Below the pieces are notes generated by a model, which did no database searches, was not told the DNA's origin, and saw nothing but the letters and a program-made list of their open reading frames with translations. The position numbers were made by a program, and so were the translations under genes. From positions 3,360,001 to 3,424,000 of the forward strand of contig OZ257156.1 in the NCBI GenBank assembly GCA_965279375.1: a stretch of DNA of 64,000 bases, given 5' to 3'. The DNA is from Gemmatimonas sp. (lineage in GTDB: Bacteria > Gemmatimonadota > Gemmatimonadetes > Gemmatimonadales > Gemmatimonadaceae). This document shows, piece by piece, positions 11,260 through 19,998 of the stretch (position 1 is the first letter of the stretch; the number at the start of each line of letters is the position of its first letter).

Positions 11260-12807
11260 TCAGCGCCTTGTCAATCGGCTCACGGCCGAATCGACCGCCG
11301 TCTTCAGCATGCCGGGCTGATCGCGGAGCTCCTTGCTCAGAACGCGAAGCGAATCGAGCGCGGAAGCCTGCTCGCCCATCTCCGCGCGAAAGCGCGCGAG
11401 GTAGAAGCGGAACTGCACGGCGCTGCCGCCACCCTGCGCGGTATAGGTGGTGAAGGCCCATTTATACGTTTGCAGATGCTCCGCGGGGGGCAGCACCGCC
11501 AACAGGTCGTCGATGGTTTGGGACGCCTGTCCGTTCAGCGCGAAGAAGTAGATGCTCCACGCGTCGCGTGTCATGCCGGGCGTCAACTGTTCGCGGCGCG
11601 TACGCATGTCCTGAAGCACGCGAATCGTCTCCAGTCGACTGGGGGGAGATCCGTCGTTCTTGAGCGCGGCCATCTGGTACCTGCGCACCTGCTCCACGCT
11701 TCGCCCCGCTTCGACGGCTTTGCGGAAGTGTTCGACGGCGCGCACAAGCGCATCCGGCGTCCGCTCGTACGACAAGATCCAGTGTCCCAACATGACATTG
11801 GCGTACGGATTCTTGGGATCCGCAGCGAGAGCGCGCCGAAACGCGTCGCCTGGCTGCAGCGCACGATCGCCGTCGCGCCAACGCAGGACCATCGCCCACG
11901 CCACATGCGCCAGCAGGTCTCCCTTCCGTTCGCCCGTTGCGAACGGCGCTGCCCGATCGAGGACGGCCAGCGGTTTTGCCATCGCCTGTGTGAACGTCTG
12001 GCCGCCGGTCACGGTGAGATCGCGAATCGCCTGCATGGCGACGTCTTCCTGCAATCGCTTTGCCCGCGTGAGATCCGCGTCGATGCGCACCGCACTGTCC
12101 AGCGTGCTTGCTGCATCAACGAGCTGCAGTCGATCACGCTGTTCGCTTGCCACTGTGATGAGGTCGTCGACGATACGCTGGCGCACCGCCTTTGCGCTGT
12201 CGGCGGCTGCGATGACGCCGCGCGCGCTTGACGCGGCACGCCGTTGCATCGAGATCACGCCAATCACGGCGAGCGCCGTGATTGCGGCACCAGCCAGCAG
12301 AAGCCCACGACTCACGCGCCTTGGAGTCGCCGGTGCGTCGGCCACGGTTCCGAGCAACGGCGCAATCGAGTCGATCAGACGCTGCGTGTCGTCGGTAAAC
12401 TCTTCGTGCTGGATGGAGATGGCCTGTCGCGTAGCGAATGGCGCGAGCGCTGCGGGCAGATCGGACTCCGCGGGCATCGACGCATTCTGCACCAACACCG
12501 GAATCACGCGTGCGTTGCGCACGAGCGCCGCTTCGATCTCACGACGCACGAAGTCATCAGGGTCATCCAGCCGGCGACCGGCGCTGTTGCTGGCAGACAG
12601 CCAACGTCGCCCGATCACCACGAGCACCACGCTCGTCGTGTCGAGCGCTTCCTTGAGGGCGACGACGAAATCCGTACCCGGCTTGATCGTGTCGATGTCC
12701 ATGAAGACACGATCGCCACCGAAACGCTTCACCAAATGATCCGCAAGTCGGCCCGCCTCGCCAGCGGAGTCTTCGCGCCGGTAGCTGATGAAGATGGAGG
12801 CGGCCAT
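11260..12807 (-). CDS. TIR-domain (TIR_2) membrane protein with C-terminal helical/TPR-like region
   Basis: ATG 12807 'MAASIFISYRREDS', 'VFMDIDTIKPG', 'DDFVRREIEAAL', 'VIPVLV'; TM 'GLLLAGAAITALAVIGVI'; 'FRRALAADPKNPYANVMLGH' TPR-like. Confidence 0.88.
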   Translation of the reverse strand: MAASIFISYRREDSAGEAGRLADHLVKRFGGDRVFMDIDTIKPGTDFVVALKEALDTTSVVLVVIGRRWLSASNSAGRRLDDPDDFVRREIEAALVRNARVIPVLVQNASMPAESDLPAALAPFATRQAISIQHEEFTDDTQRLIDSIAPLLGTVADAPATPRRVSRGLLLAGAAITALAVIGVISMQRRAASSARGVIAAADSAKAVRQRIVDDLITVASEQRDRLQLVDAASTLDSAVRIDADLTRAKRLQEDVAMQAIRDLTVTGGQTFTQAMAKPLAVLDRAAPFATGERKGDLLAHVAWAMVLRWRDGDRALQPGDAFRRALAADPKNPYANVMLGHWILSYERTPDALVRAVEHFRKAVEAGRSVEQVRRYQMAALKNDGSPPSRLETIRVLQDMRTRREQLTPGMTRDAWSIYFFALNGQASQTIDDLLAVLPPAEHLQTYKWAFTTYTAQGGGSAVQFRFYLARFRAEMGEQASALDSLRVLSKELRDQPGMLKTAVDSAVSRLTRR

Positions 12808-12975
12808 ATGAGCAATTGTACTGCGCCGACCGTCGTCGTGCGTGGCGCTGTCACGCCCAACTCGGCGTTCGTCACAGCGACACGGAGGGTGCGAGGCGTG
12901 TTGTGACAACGGAGCGACGCGTCTCGTCGATATGGGTTCGCGCTGCCGTGCCACCGCCGCCAAGGACGATTCGAT

Positions 12976-13701
12976 ATGCAACCCGCCGAGAAAGCCGCGA
13001 AGGACATTCTGGCCACGCTGGAGGCGACCTACCAGCCGACGCACCACTACGTCCGCGTCTCGCCGCAGAACTTCCGACACCTCGATCTGGCGTTCTACGA
13101 CAAGACGGCGAAAACGCTCGGCGACAAGGGCTTCCGGACGCTGGCCGACGTCGAGGATACGACCATCACGAACACGCCGGGCGGCGTCCTCATGCCGGTG
13201 ATGGTGCGCAGCATGATTTCTCGCGACGGCACTATCATGGCCTCGCTGTACCACCCGCGCATCCGTACTCTGGGCATTCGCCTGCTGCTCTGGCTATTGC
13301 GCAAGTTGCCAGGCAAGGTGGTGGACATGGAGACCGAGTGCACCGACGGCTCGTTCGTCGTGACGACCAACGCGGCCGGCGCAGCGGCGATCGACATGCC
13401 GGCACTCATCGCCTCGGAGTACCTACCCGCCAGCGCGAACGCTGAAGCCGTTCGTGTGCGCCATGCGGAACGGCTGACCGCGCATCTCGCGGCGCGCCCT
13501 GGAGTCACCGCCAAGGTGATTGCCTCGCACGATGATCTCGTCGCATCGCAGAACCGCATGAATGCGCTCAAGGCAGCATATCGCGGACAGGTCGGCGGCA
13601 TCACGAGAGAAGAACTCGACCGACTCGCGGTGTTCGGGAAGTCGCTCGCGGCCGACGTGCACGCGGCAATCGAACGGGAGCAGTTCAGACGCGCGAGCTG
13701 A
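12976..13701 (+). CDS. Hypothetical protein
   Basis: 241-aa ORF with protein-like composition, divergent from the TIR gene. Confidence 0.7.
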   Translation: MQPAEKAAKDILATLEATYQPTHHYVRVSPQNFRHLDLAFYDKTAKTLGDKGFRTLADVEDTTITNTPGGVLMPVMVRSMISRDGTIMASLYHPRIRTLGIRLLLWLLRKLPGKVVDMETECTDGSFVVTTNAAGAAAIDMPALIASEYLPASANAEAVRVRHAERLTAHLAARPGVTAKVIASHDDLVASQNRMNALKAAYRGQVGGITREELDRLAVFGKSLAADVHAAIEREQFRRAS

Positions 13702-13760
13702 CCCTGCCGCGTCGCGCGATCCGTCGGCCGCCGCGATGATGCATCACGCGGCGGAACGCG

Positions 13761-14135
13761 CTACGCTGCCGCGCACATCTTGCAGCGACCGTACAACACG
13801 ATCTCGTGGTTCTCCAGCTTGAACCCCTTGGGCGTGAGCTTCTTGAAGTCCCCGGGGCAGCCCACCAGCTCGAACACGCGCGAGCACTGACGGCAGCTGA
13901 AATGATGGTGGTGTCCGCGACCCGCGCGCTCATACCGCGGTGACTCGCCCGGAAGCTCCACCACGGTCAGCCATCCGCTCTCCACGAGCGAATTCACCGT
14001 GCGGTACACCGTCGCAATCCCCAAGCCCGCCACATGCCGCTTGGCCTCCTCGAGAATCTCGCCGGGAGCCAGCGGTCGCGGCACGTCCGTGAATACCTGC
14101 CGAATGGCGTCGCGCTGCTTGGTGTTGCGTTCCAT
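13761..14135 (-). CDS. Fur-family transcriptional regulator (Zur/Fur-like)
   Basis: 'RNTKQRDAI', 'GIATVYR', 'HHHHFSCRQC', 'YGRCKMC'; GGAGGAGG upstream. Confidence 0.92.
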   Translation of the reverse strand: MERNTKQRDAIRQVFTDVPRPLAPGEILEEAKRHVAGLGIATVYRTVNSLVESGWLTVVELPGESPRYERAGRGHHHHFSCRQCSRVFELVGCPGDFKKLTPKGFKLENHEIVLYGRCKMCAAA

Positions 14136-14439
14136 GGCGTCGTCTCCCTCCTCCAGATGATCCGCCGCTACCTCGGCGCGCTGCGCGAAAAATAGCGCCT
14201 TCCCCAGCGGACGTCACAGCCGTGGGCGGCGTCACACGCGGTGCGTCGGGCTGGACGTAGGTCGACTTGTTGTCGCTTTTCGCATCGCCAAAACAGCGAG
14301 CCACCACTCTCCCCCCTCGCGCCTGCGACTCATCTTGACACCTCTTGGCGAGGTCGCGCAGCGGCTCGGGCGATACGCCGGTTCGTCGCCGCCGTCGTTC
14401 CGCCGGATGCGCGATCATGCTACCATTCGCGTTCACTCA

Positions 14440-14619
14440 CCGCGCAGGTGCGTACGCGATGACACATCGCGCACGCTGAAAAGGGAACCCGGTGTAACTC
14501 CGGGGCGGCCCCGCCGCTGTAAGGGACGACAATGATGAACGACAACCACTGCGACCTTCGTGTCGTGGGAAGGTGTTCGTCGGCGACTGACTCCCGAGCC
14601 AGAAGACCTGCCCGCGCGG
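14440..14619 (+). promoter_or_regulatory. Cobalamin riboswitch
   Basis: AGGTG..AAAAGGGAACCCGGTGTAACTCCGGGGCGGCCCCGCCGCTGT..CCACTG..GGGAAGG..B12 box GCCAGAAGACCTGCC. Confidence 0.93.
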
Positions 14620-14653
14620 ATCACCGATACACCCTCGTGGGAAGGGTCCGGAC

Positions 14654-14887
14654 ATGCATTCGTCATCACCGCACGGCCACGCGCCTGCGGCACCCTCCGC
14701 TGCTGGCCTGACTCCGCCCACCACGGAGTCTCCCTGCATCAAGGTCTGTCAGCTCGATCTCGAGGATCGCTGTCGCGGCTGCGGCCGCACGCTCGATGAG
14801 ATCCGCGACTGGCGCGACATGACCGCGGCGCAACGCATCGCCATCAACCAGCGACTCGGTTTCGTCTCGCATGAGCACCGGCGATGA
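14654..14887 (+). CDS. DUF1289-like small Cys-rich protein
   Basis: 'SPCIKVCQLDLEDRCRGCGRTLDEIRDW'. Confidence 0.85.
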   Translation: MHSSSPHGHAPAAPSAAGLTPPTTESPCIKVCQLDLEDRCRGCGRTLDEIRDWRDMTAAQRIAINQRLGFVSHEHRR

Positions 14888-15378
14888 ACGCGAGAGCCGA
14901 GCAGGCGCGCCGAGACGATGGACGGTACGTGTATGCGCGCCTGCGCTGGCTGGCGGTCGCCTCAACCATTCTCGCGTTGGTCGCCTGCCGCTCGCCACGA
15001 ACGCAAGTGCAGGTGGGCGCGCGGCCACCGGCCAGTTTACTGGGCACGTTTGAAGACGACTACCGCGAACCGCACGCGATCACGGCCGACAGCTGGCGGC
15101 ATGGCTCCGGCACCACGTATCTCATCACCGACTGGAACCCAGAGTCCCAGTTTCTCGTCGCCCGCAATGCCCCCGACAATGCGTCCGAGCGAAATCGCTG
15201 GACGCGTATCGACTGGGTGCGACTGGAAGGCATGCCCCCGTACGACTGGGCGTTCTGCCTCAGCGTCTATGACGCGCCGACACGTGCGGCCGCGCTGGCC
15301 GCCCCACCCGCCAATCGCGCCGCTCCCCGCACCGGCTGCAACGGGTTCCCGTTCACCCGCATGAAACGCTCGCCGTAG
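14884..15378 (+). CDS. Hypothetical lipoprotein
   Basis: Lipobox-like 'LALVAC'; ATGA overlap with DUF1289; 'WTRIDW', 'WAFC', 'GCNGFPFTRMK'. Confidence 0.75.
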   Translation: MNARAEQARRDDGRYVYARLRWLAVASTILALVACRSPRTQVQVGARPPASLLGTFEDDYREPHAITADSWRHGSGTTYLITDWNPESQFLVARNAPDNASERNRWTRIDWVRLEGMPPYDWAFCLSVYDAPTRAAALAAPPANRAAPRTGCNGFPFTRMKRSP

Positions 15379-15428
15379 ACACGCCCGGTTGTCGGGCTCG
15401 CCGCACCCATGCATTAGTCGATGGGAAT

Positions 15429-15456
15429 ATAAAAATGAGGCTTGCCTAAACTTTAT
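15429..15456. promoter_or_regulatory. Imperfect AT-rich palindrome, candidate metalloregulator operator
   Basis: ATAAAAATGAGGC-TT-GCCTAAACTTTAT, 10/13 arm match, just upstream of the TBDR start. Confidence 0.45.
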
Positions 15457-15461
15457 CAATC

Positions 15462-17747
15462 GTGCACCCTAAGTGCATGATTCGTTTGGTCTGTGCATCC
15501 TGGGTCGCCCAGCTGATCGTCGGCGCCAACACCGCGCTTGGGCTCCAAGCCCCCACGGCTTCTACCGTCGCCGCCCCGCTCCTCACCGGGCGTGTGCTGG
15601 ACGAGGCGGAGCGGCCACTGGTTGGCGTGCGGGTTACCGTCGTCGAACGGTCGCGCGGCGTCGCCACCGACTCCCTCGGACGCTTTGCCTTCAGCGCGCT
15701 GCCGTCAGGCAGCTACACGCTGAGTTTGCAGCGTCTGGGCCTCGTTCCCACGACGCGAGCCGTGGCCATTCAGGGAAGTACCCTGACAGCATTGATCATT
15801 CGTATGCGCCCCTCGCAGGTCGAACTCGCCGCCGTGCAGGTCAGCGCCAGTACGGTGGCCACCACGACCGCCCGTGCCACACAATCCACCGCCGTCCTCG
15901 GCGGCGGTTCGCTGCGCAACAGTCAGAGCGCGTCAGTGGGAGAGACGCTGGCAGACGTACCCGGTATGCGCTCCATGAGCCTGACCACCGGCATCGGCAA
16001 GCCTGTCATTCGCGGGCTCCACTCCACGCGCGTCGTGACCATGGCCGACGGCAATCGCGTCGACGGACAACAATGGGGCACCGACCACGGCCCCAACGTG
16101 GAGACGAGCACGGCAGATCGGATCGAAGTCATCAAGGGCCCCGCGAGTGTGCTCTATGGCGCGGAGGCCATCGGCGGCGTGATCAACATCATTCCGCGCG
16201 CGCTGCCGTGGAGTGGCGACGGCAGTATCGATGGCATCGCACGACAGTTGAGCGTGAGCTACAACAGCAACCTGCGCGCGCCCGATGTCACACTGTCTGC
16301 AGCGTCGGCACACGGGTCGTTCGCGTGGCGCGCGGTGGGCACCGGGCGCAGCGCACAGGACATGCGCACCGCCACGCAGGCACTCTCCAACACCGGAAGT
16401 CGTACCGGCTTTGGTGAGCTTACGCTCGGCGTTCGTCCACAGTGGGGCGAGATACGACTCGTGACCTCTGCGCGAGAGGAGCGCATCGAGATCTACGAAG
16501 ACCCAATCGAAGACCCGCAGTTCACTGGCTTCCAACGTCTCTCCACCAAGCGCGCCACGCTGTATCTGGATCGACCCGTCGCGCAGGGGCAATTCGAACT
16601 GCGCGTCAGCGGCGAGCAGAACTTCCGTCGTGAGTTCGACCGGGTTGGTGCGCCGGTGCCCGCGCTCGGCTTGCTCGCCACCAGCTGGAACTCGCGCGCC
16701 GCATTCACGCACGCACCGATGCTGGGAGGCTGGCGTGGAACAGTCGGCACCGCCGTGTCGAAGGGCACGTTCAGCAAGCGTGGCCTCGAGACGCTGATTC
16801 CGAGCAACGCCACACGCGGGCTCGGCGTGTTTGCCTATGAGCAACGTGAAAGCGGACGGCTCAATCTCTCCGCCGGCGTGCGCGCCGACTGGCAAGCGCT
16901 CGAGGCCGCGGCTGATGACGTGCTCGCATTGCGCGCACAGTCCCGCGCGTTTCGCGCCGTCACCGGAACTGGTGGTGTCGCGTGGCAGCTGTCGGAACAA
17001 GTCGCAATCGCCGCGAACGTGGGACGAGGTTTCCGAGCGCCGGGAGTCCAGGATCTCTTTGCGAACGGCTTTCACGAAGGGAGCCGTGCGTTCGAGCGCG
17101 GCGACAGCACCGCACGCGTCGAGACCTCTCTCAATACCGACATCGCGCTGCGCCTGCACCGCACGCGGCTGCGCGGCGAGTTGACGCTCTTTCGTAACGC
17201 GATCCGCGACTATCTCTACCTGCGCCCATTCGGCACGGGTGGATTTCTCTTCGATTCGCTGCAGGTGGTGCAGGGGAACGCGTTGCTACAGGGCGCCGAG
17301 GCCAGCGCCGAGTGGCGCGTCGGCACGCACGTGGGCATGAATGCGGCGGCCGATTATGTACAGGGAACCAACACGACGACGCGCATACCGTTGCTGTACA
17401 TGCCTCCTCTGCGCGGCACGGCGGGCGTTCGCGTCGATGCACCGCGCTTGAACGGGGGCTCTGGAGGTGCTGCGTGGCGTCGTCTGCAGCGGCCGTACGT
17501 CAGCGCATCGCTCGAAGCCAATCGTCGACAGACGCGGACCGAGACGCGCGATTTCGCACCGCCGGGATCCGTACTGCTCCACGGCGCCGCCGGGGCGGTC
17601 CTCAGCACGGGCTCGCGCGTCGTCACCGTGGACGTCACTGCGCGCAACCTCACGAATGCGCGCTACCGCGACTACATGAGTCGCTACAAGGAGTTTGCAG
17701 ACGCCCTGGGGCGTTCGATCGTGATTCGCGTTTCGAGCAGCTTCTGA
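15462..17747 (+). CDS. TonB-dependent receptor (metal/cobalamin-type)
   Basis: N-terminal carboxypeptidase-regulatory-like domain, 'GIGKPVIRG', plug 'RIEVIKGPASVLYG', C-terminal F. Confidence 0.9.
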   Translation: MHPKCMIRLVCASWVAQLIVGANTALGLQAPTASTVAAPLLTGRVLDEAERPLVGVRVTVVERSRGVATDSLGRFAFSALPSGSYTLSLQRLGLVPTTRAVAIQGSTLTALIIRMRPSQVELAAVQVSASTVATTTARATQSTAVLGGGSLRNSQSASVGETLADVPGMRSMSLTTGIGKPVIRGLHSTRVVTMADGNRVDGQQWGTDHGPNVETSTADRIEVIKGPASVLYGAEAIGGVINIIPRALPWSGDGSIDGIARQLSVSYNSNLRAPDVTLSAASAHGSFAWRAVGTGRSAQDMRTATQALSNTGSRTGFGELTLGVRPQWGEIRLVTSAREERIEIYEDPIEDPQFTGFQRLSTKRATLYLDRPVAQGQFELRVSGEQNFRREFDRVGAPVPALGLLATSWNSRAAFTHAPMLGGWRGTVGTAVSKGTFSKRGLETLIPSNATRGLGVFAYEQRESGRLNLSAGVRADWQALEAAADDVLALRAQSRAFRAVTGTGGVAWQLSEQVAIAANVGRGFRAPGVQDLFANGFHEGSRAFERGDSTARVETSLNTDIALRLHRTRLRGELTLFRNAIRDYLYLRPFGTGGFLFDSLQVVQGNALLQGAEASAEWRVGTHVGMNAAADYVQGTNTTTRIPLLYMPPLRGTAGVRVDAPRLNGGSGGAAWRRLQRPYVSASLEANRRQTRTETRDFAPPGSVLLHGAAGAVLSTGSRVVTVDVTARNLTNARYRDYMSRYKEFADALGRSIVIRVSSSF

Positions 17748-17816
17748 TCGCGCGGGAGTGACGGGGGACGGTTCGCCGCTGCCCAGGCGCCGAACGACCG
17801 CCATATTCCGTCGATC

Positions 17817-18815
17817 ATGATGCCGCTCGTTCTGCTGGTTGGATTCCTCGGCACCGGAAAGACGCGCTTTCTCACCACGCTTATTCCCGCCCTGCACACG
17901 CATGGCCTGCGTGTGCGTGTGCTGCTCAACGACTTCGAGAACGCGAAGATCGACGCGGCGCGGCTGAACGAACTCGATGCGCTGGTCACTCCGCTCGACG
18001 GTGAGTGCGTCTGCTGCAGCTCGTTGCGTGAGCTGATGGAAGCGCTGCAAGCCACGACGGCCGATCCCAACACGGTGATGCTGATCGAGGCCAATGGGGC
18101 GACCGCGGCGGACGAACTGCTCGGCTACCTGACGCTCGATCGTCGCCTCGCCCAGTACACGTTGCCCGTGCAGCTCACCGTCATCGATGCCGGACGCTGG
18201 CAGAAGCGTTGGTGGCACAACACGCTCGAGGCGTCGCAGGCGACGACGGCGACACACCTGCACCTCAACTGGACGGAACGACTGCGCGCCGATCGCCTCG
18301 CCGCCGTCACGCACAGCGTTCGGCAGATCAACCCACGCGCCGCGTTGACCGAGCCGGTGCAGTTCGCCGCCGAGTTGGCCGCGCTTGCCGAGCGTGCGCG
18401 TGGTCAGACGTCACGTCGCCCGACTTTGCCCATCGCCATGCACGAAGGGCACGAACAGCACGAGCCGGCACCAGGAGTGCATGCGCCGCACGATCATGCG
18501 CCGCACGTGCATATACCGCATGTGCATCCCTTTGCCAGCGCCACACTGCCGCTTCCGGATGTCGTCGATCGTGCGGCGTTTCTTGCCGTCGTTGCCGGAC
18601 TGCCGCCCGCCGTGGTACGCGCGAAGGGGATGGTCCGCTTTCGCGACAAGCCCGACGAAATGTTCGTCTGGAATCGCATCGGTGGACGAAAGGGTGTGCA
18701 GCTCGACAAGTCTGCGCCGCACGCGGGCGCACAGTCGGTGGCGTTGTTCATCGGCGTGGAACTTCCGCTCGAGGATTTGACGCAGCGATTCGCGGCGCTT
18801 GGCGCAGTGGCGTGA
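17817..18815 (+). CDS. COG0523/CobW-family metallochaperone GTPase
   Basis: 'GFLGTGKT', 'ECVCC' (CxCC), 'IEANG', His-rich linker, CobW_C 'VVRAKG'. Confidence 0.9.
   Translation: MMPLVLLVGFLGTGKTRFLTTLIPALHTHGLRVRVLLNDFENAKIDAARLNELDALVTPLDGECVCCSSLRELMEALQATTADPNTVMLIEANGATAADELLGYLTLDRRLAQYTLPVQLTVIDAGRWQKRWWHNTLEASQATTATHLHLNWTERLRADRLAAVTHSVRQINPRAALTEPVQFAAELAALAERARGQTSRRPTLPIAMHEGHEQHEPAPGVHAPHDHAPHVHIPHVHPFASATLPLPDVVDRAAFLAVVAGLPPAVVRAKGMVRFRDKPDEMFVWNRIGGRKGVQLDKSAPHAGAQSVALFIGVELPLEDLTQRFAALGAVA
18477..18530 (+). repeat. 15-nt tandem repeat encoding the His-rich linker
   Basis: GTGCATGCGCCGCAC GATCATGCGCCGCAC GTGCATATACCGCAT GTGCATCCC. Confidence 0.75.
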
Positions 18816-19975
18816 TGCGCTCGATGCCACGCATGCGCGCTGTCCCGATCGCACTACTCGCACATCTCGCGCTGGCGAGCTGCACGCCATGGTCCCACAA
18901 GACGCCCAACCGTTCGGCGTCACCTCCGGACAGCGAACCACGCGTCGTCGATCTCGACGTGCGGGGGCGCGGCGCCCCGGTGTTCCGTATTCCTGCGCTC
19001 GCCGTGACCAACGCGGGTACACTGCTGGCCGCGTACGATGCGCGCCCCACGATGGCTGATGTGCCCAGTCACATCGCCGTGGTAATGCGCCGCAGTACCG
19101 ACGGCGGTACCACGTGGAGTGATCGCCGAGTCATACGCGCGGACACGGCGCCGCTTGGCTTCGGGGATCCATCGTTGCTCGTCGATCGTCAGACCGGGCG
19201 GATCTTCCTGTTCCACGCGGCATCCGTGCGCCAGGGATATTTCGGCTCCAGCACGGGCAATCGCGACGACGATCCAAACGTCCTGCACGCGGACCTGAGT
19301 TGGTCGGATGACGACGGGCAGCAATGGCAGCATCGTCGCCTGACCGCGATGGTGAAGGACGCTGCGTGGGGTGGCCTCTTCGCGTCGTCGGGGCGGGGGA
19401 TTCAGCTCGAGTTCGGCCCGTACACGGGGCGCCTGCTGCAGCAGTTCGTCATCCGGCGTAACGGTGCGAACTACGGCGCCACGCTCTACAGCGACGATCA
19501 TGGTACGACTTGGCGCATGGGCGCGCTTGTCGGGCCGGGGCTCGACGAGAACAAGACTGTGCAGCTGCGCGACGGCACCGTCGTGCTGAACTCGCGCGCC
19601 AAACCCTATCGCCTGATCGCCGAGTCGCGGGACGGCGGCGTGACCTACGGTGCACCGCGCGCCGAGACACGCCTGATCGACCCGGCCAACAACGGCGCGG
19701 TCATTCGCCTCGCGGCCTCGCGCGTCGCGCGTAAGCGGGAGCTGATGGTGTTCAGCAACACGGCGGACTCACTCGCGCGCAGGCGACTGACGCTGCGCCT
19801 GTCGTGCGACGGCGGACGAAACTGGCCGGCAGCACGTGTGCTGGTGGACGGACCCGCTGCGTACTCCACCCTGGTCGAGCTGCGCAATGGCGAGATCGGC
19901 GTGCTCTTCGAGCGCGGCGACTACGAGGCGATCAGCTTCGCGCGCGTGACGCCTAGTTGGATCGGTCGCTGTTGA
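18815..19975 (+). CDS. Sialidase-family (GH33) lipoprotein
   Basis: 'FRIP', Asp boxes 'STDGGTTW', 'SDDDGQQW', 'SDDHGTTW', 'SRDGGVTY', 'SCDGGRNW', 'AAYS'; lipobox-like 'LALASC'. Confidence 0.88.
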   Translation: MRSMPRMRAVPIALLAHLALASCTPWSHKTPNRSASPPDSEPRVVDLDVRGRGAPVFRIPALAVTNAGTLLAAYDARPTMADVPSHIAVVMRRSTDGGTTWSDRRVIRADTAPLGFGDPSLLVDRQTGRIFLFHAASVRQGYFGSSTGNRDDDPNVLHADLSWSDDDGQQWQHRRLTAMVKDAAWGGLFASSGRGIQLEFGPYTGRLLQQFVIRRNGANYGATLYSDDHGTTWRMGALVGPGLDENKTVQLRDGTVVLNSRAKPYRLIAESRDGGVTYGAPRAETRLIDPANNGAVIRLAASRVARKRELMVFSNTADSLARRRLTLRLSCDGGRNWPAARVLVDGPAAYSTLVELRNGEIGVLFERGDYEAISFARVTPSWIGRC

Positions 19976-19998
19976 TCGCCGTGCAGGCTGAATCCGTT

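Noticed and set aside
12808..13254. N-terminal extension of the TIR ORF to 13254
   Set aside because: Overlaps the opposite-strand gene at 12976; the TIR domain begins right after ATG 12807
11146..14135. Prophage or integrative element at tRNA-Met
   Set aside because: No integrase, phage gene or duplicated tRNA 3' end seen in the window
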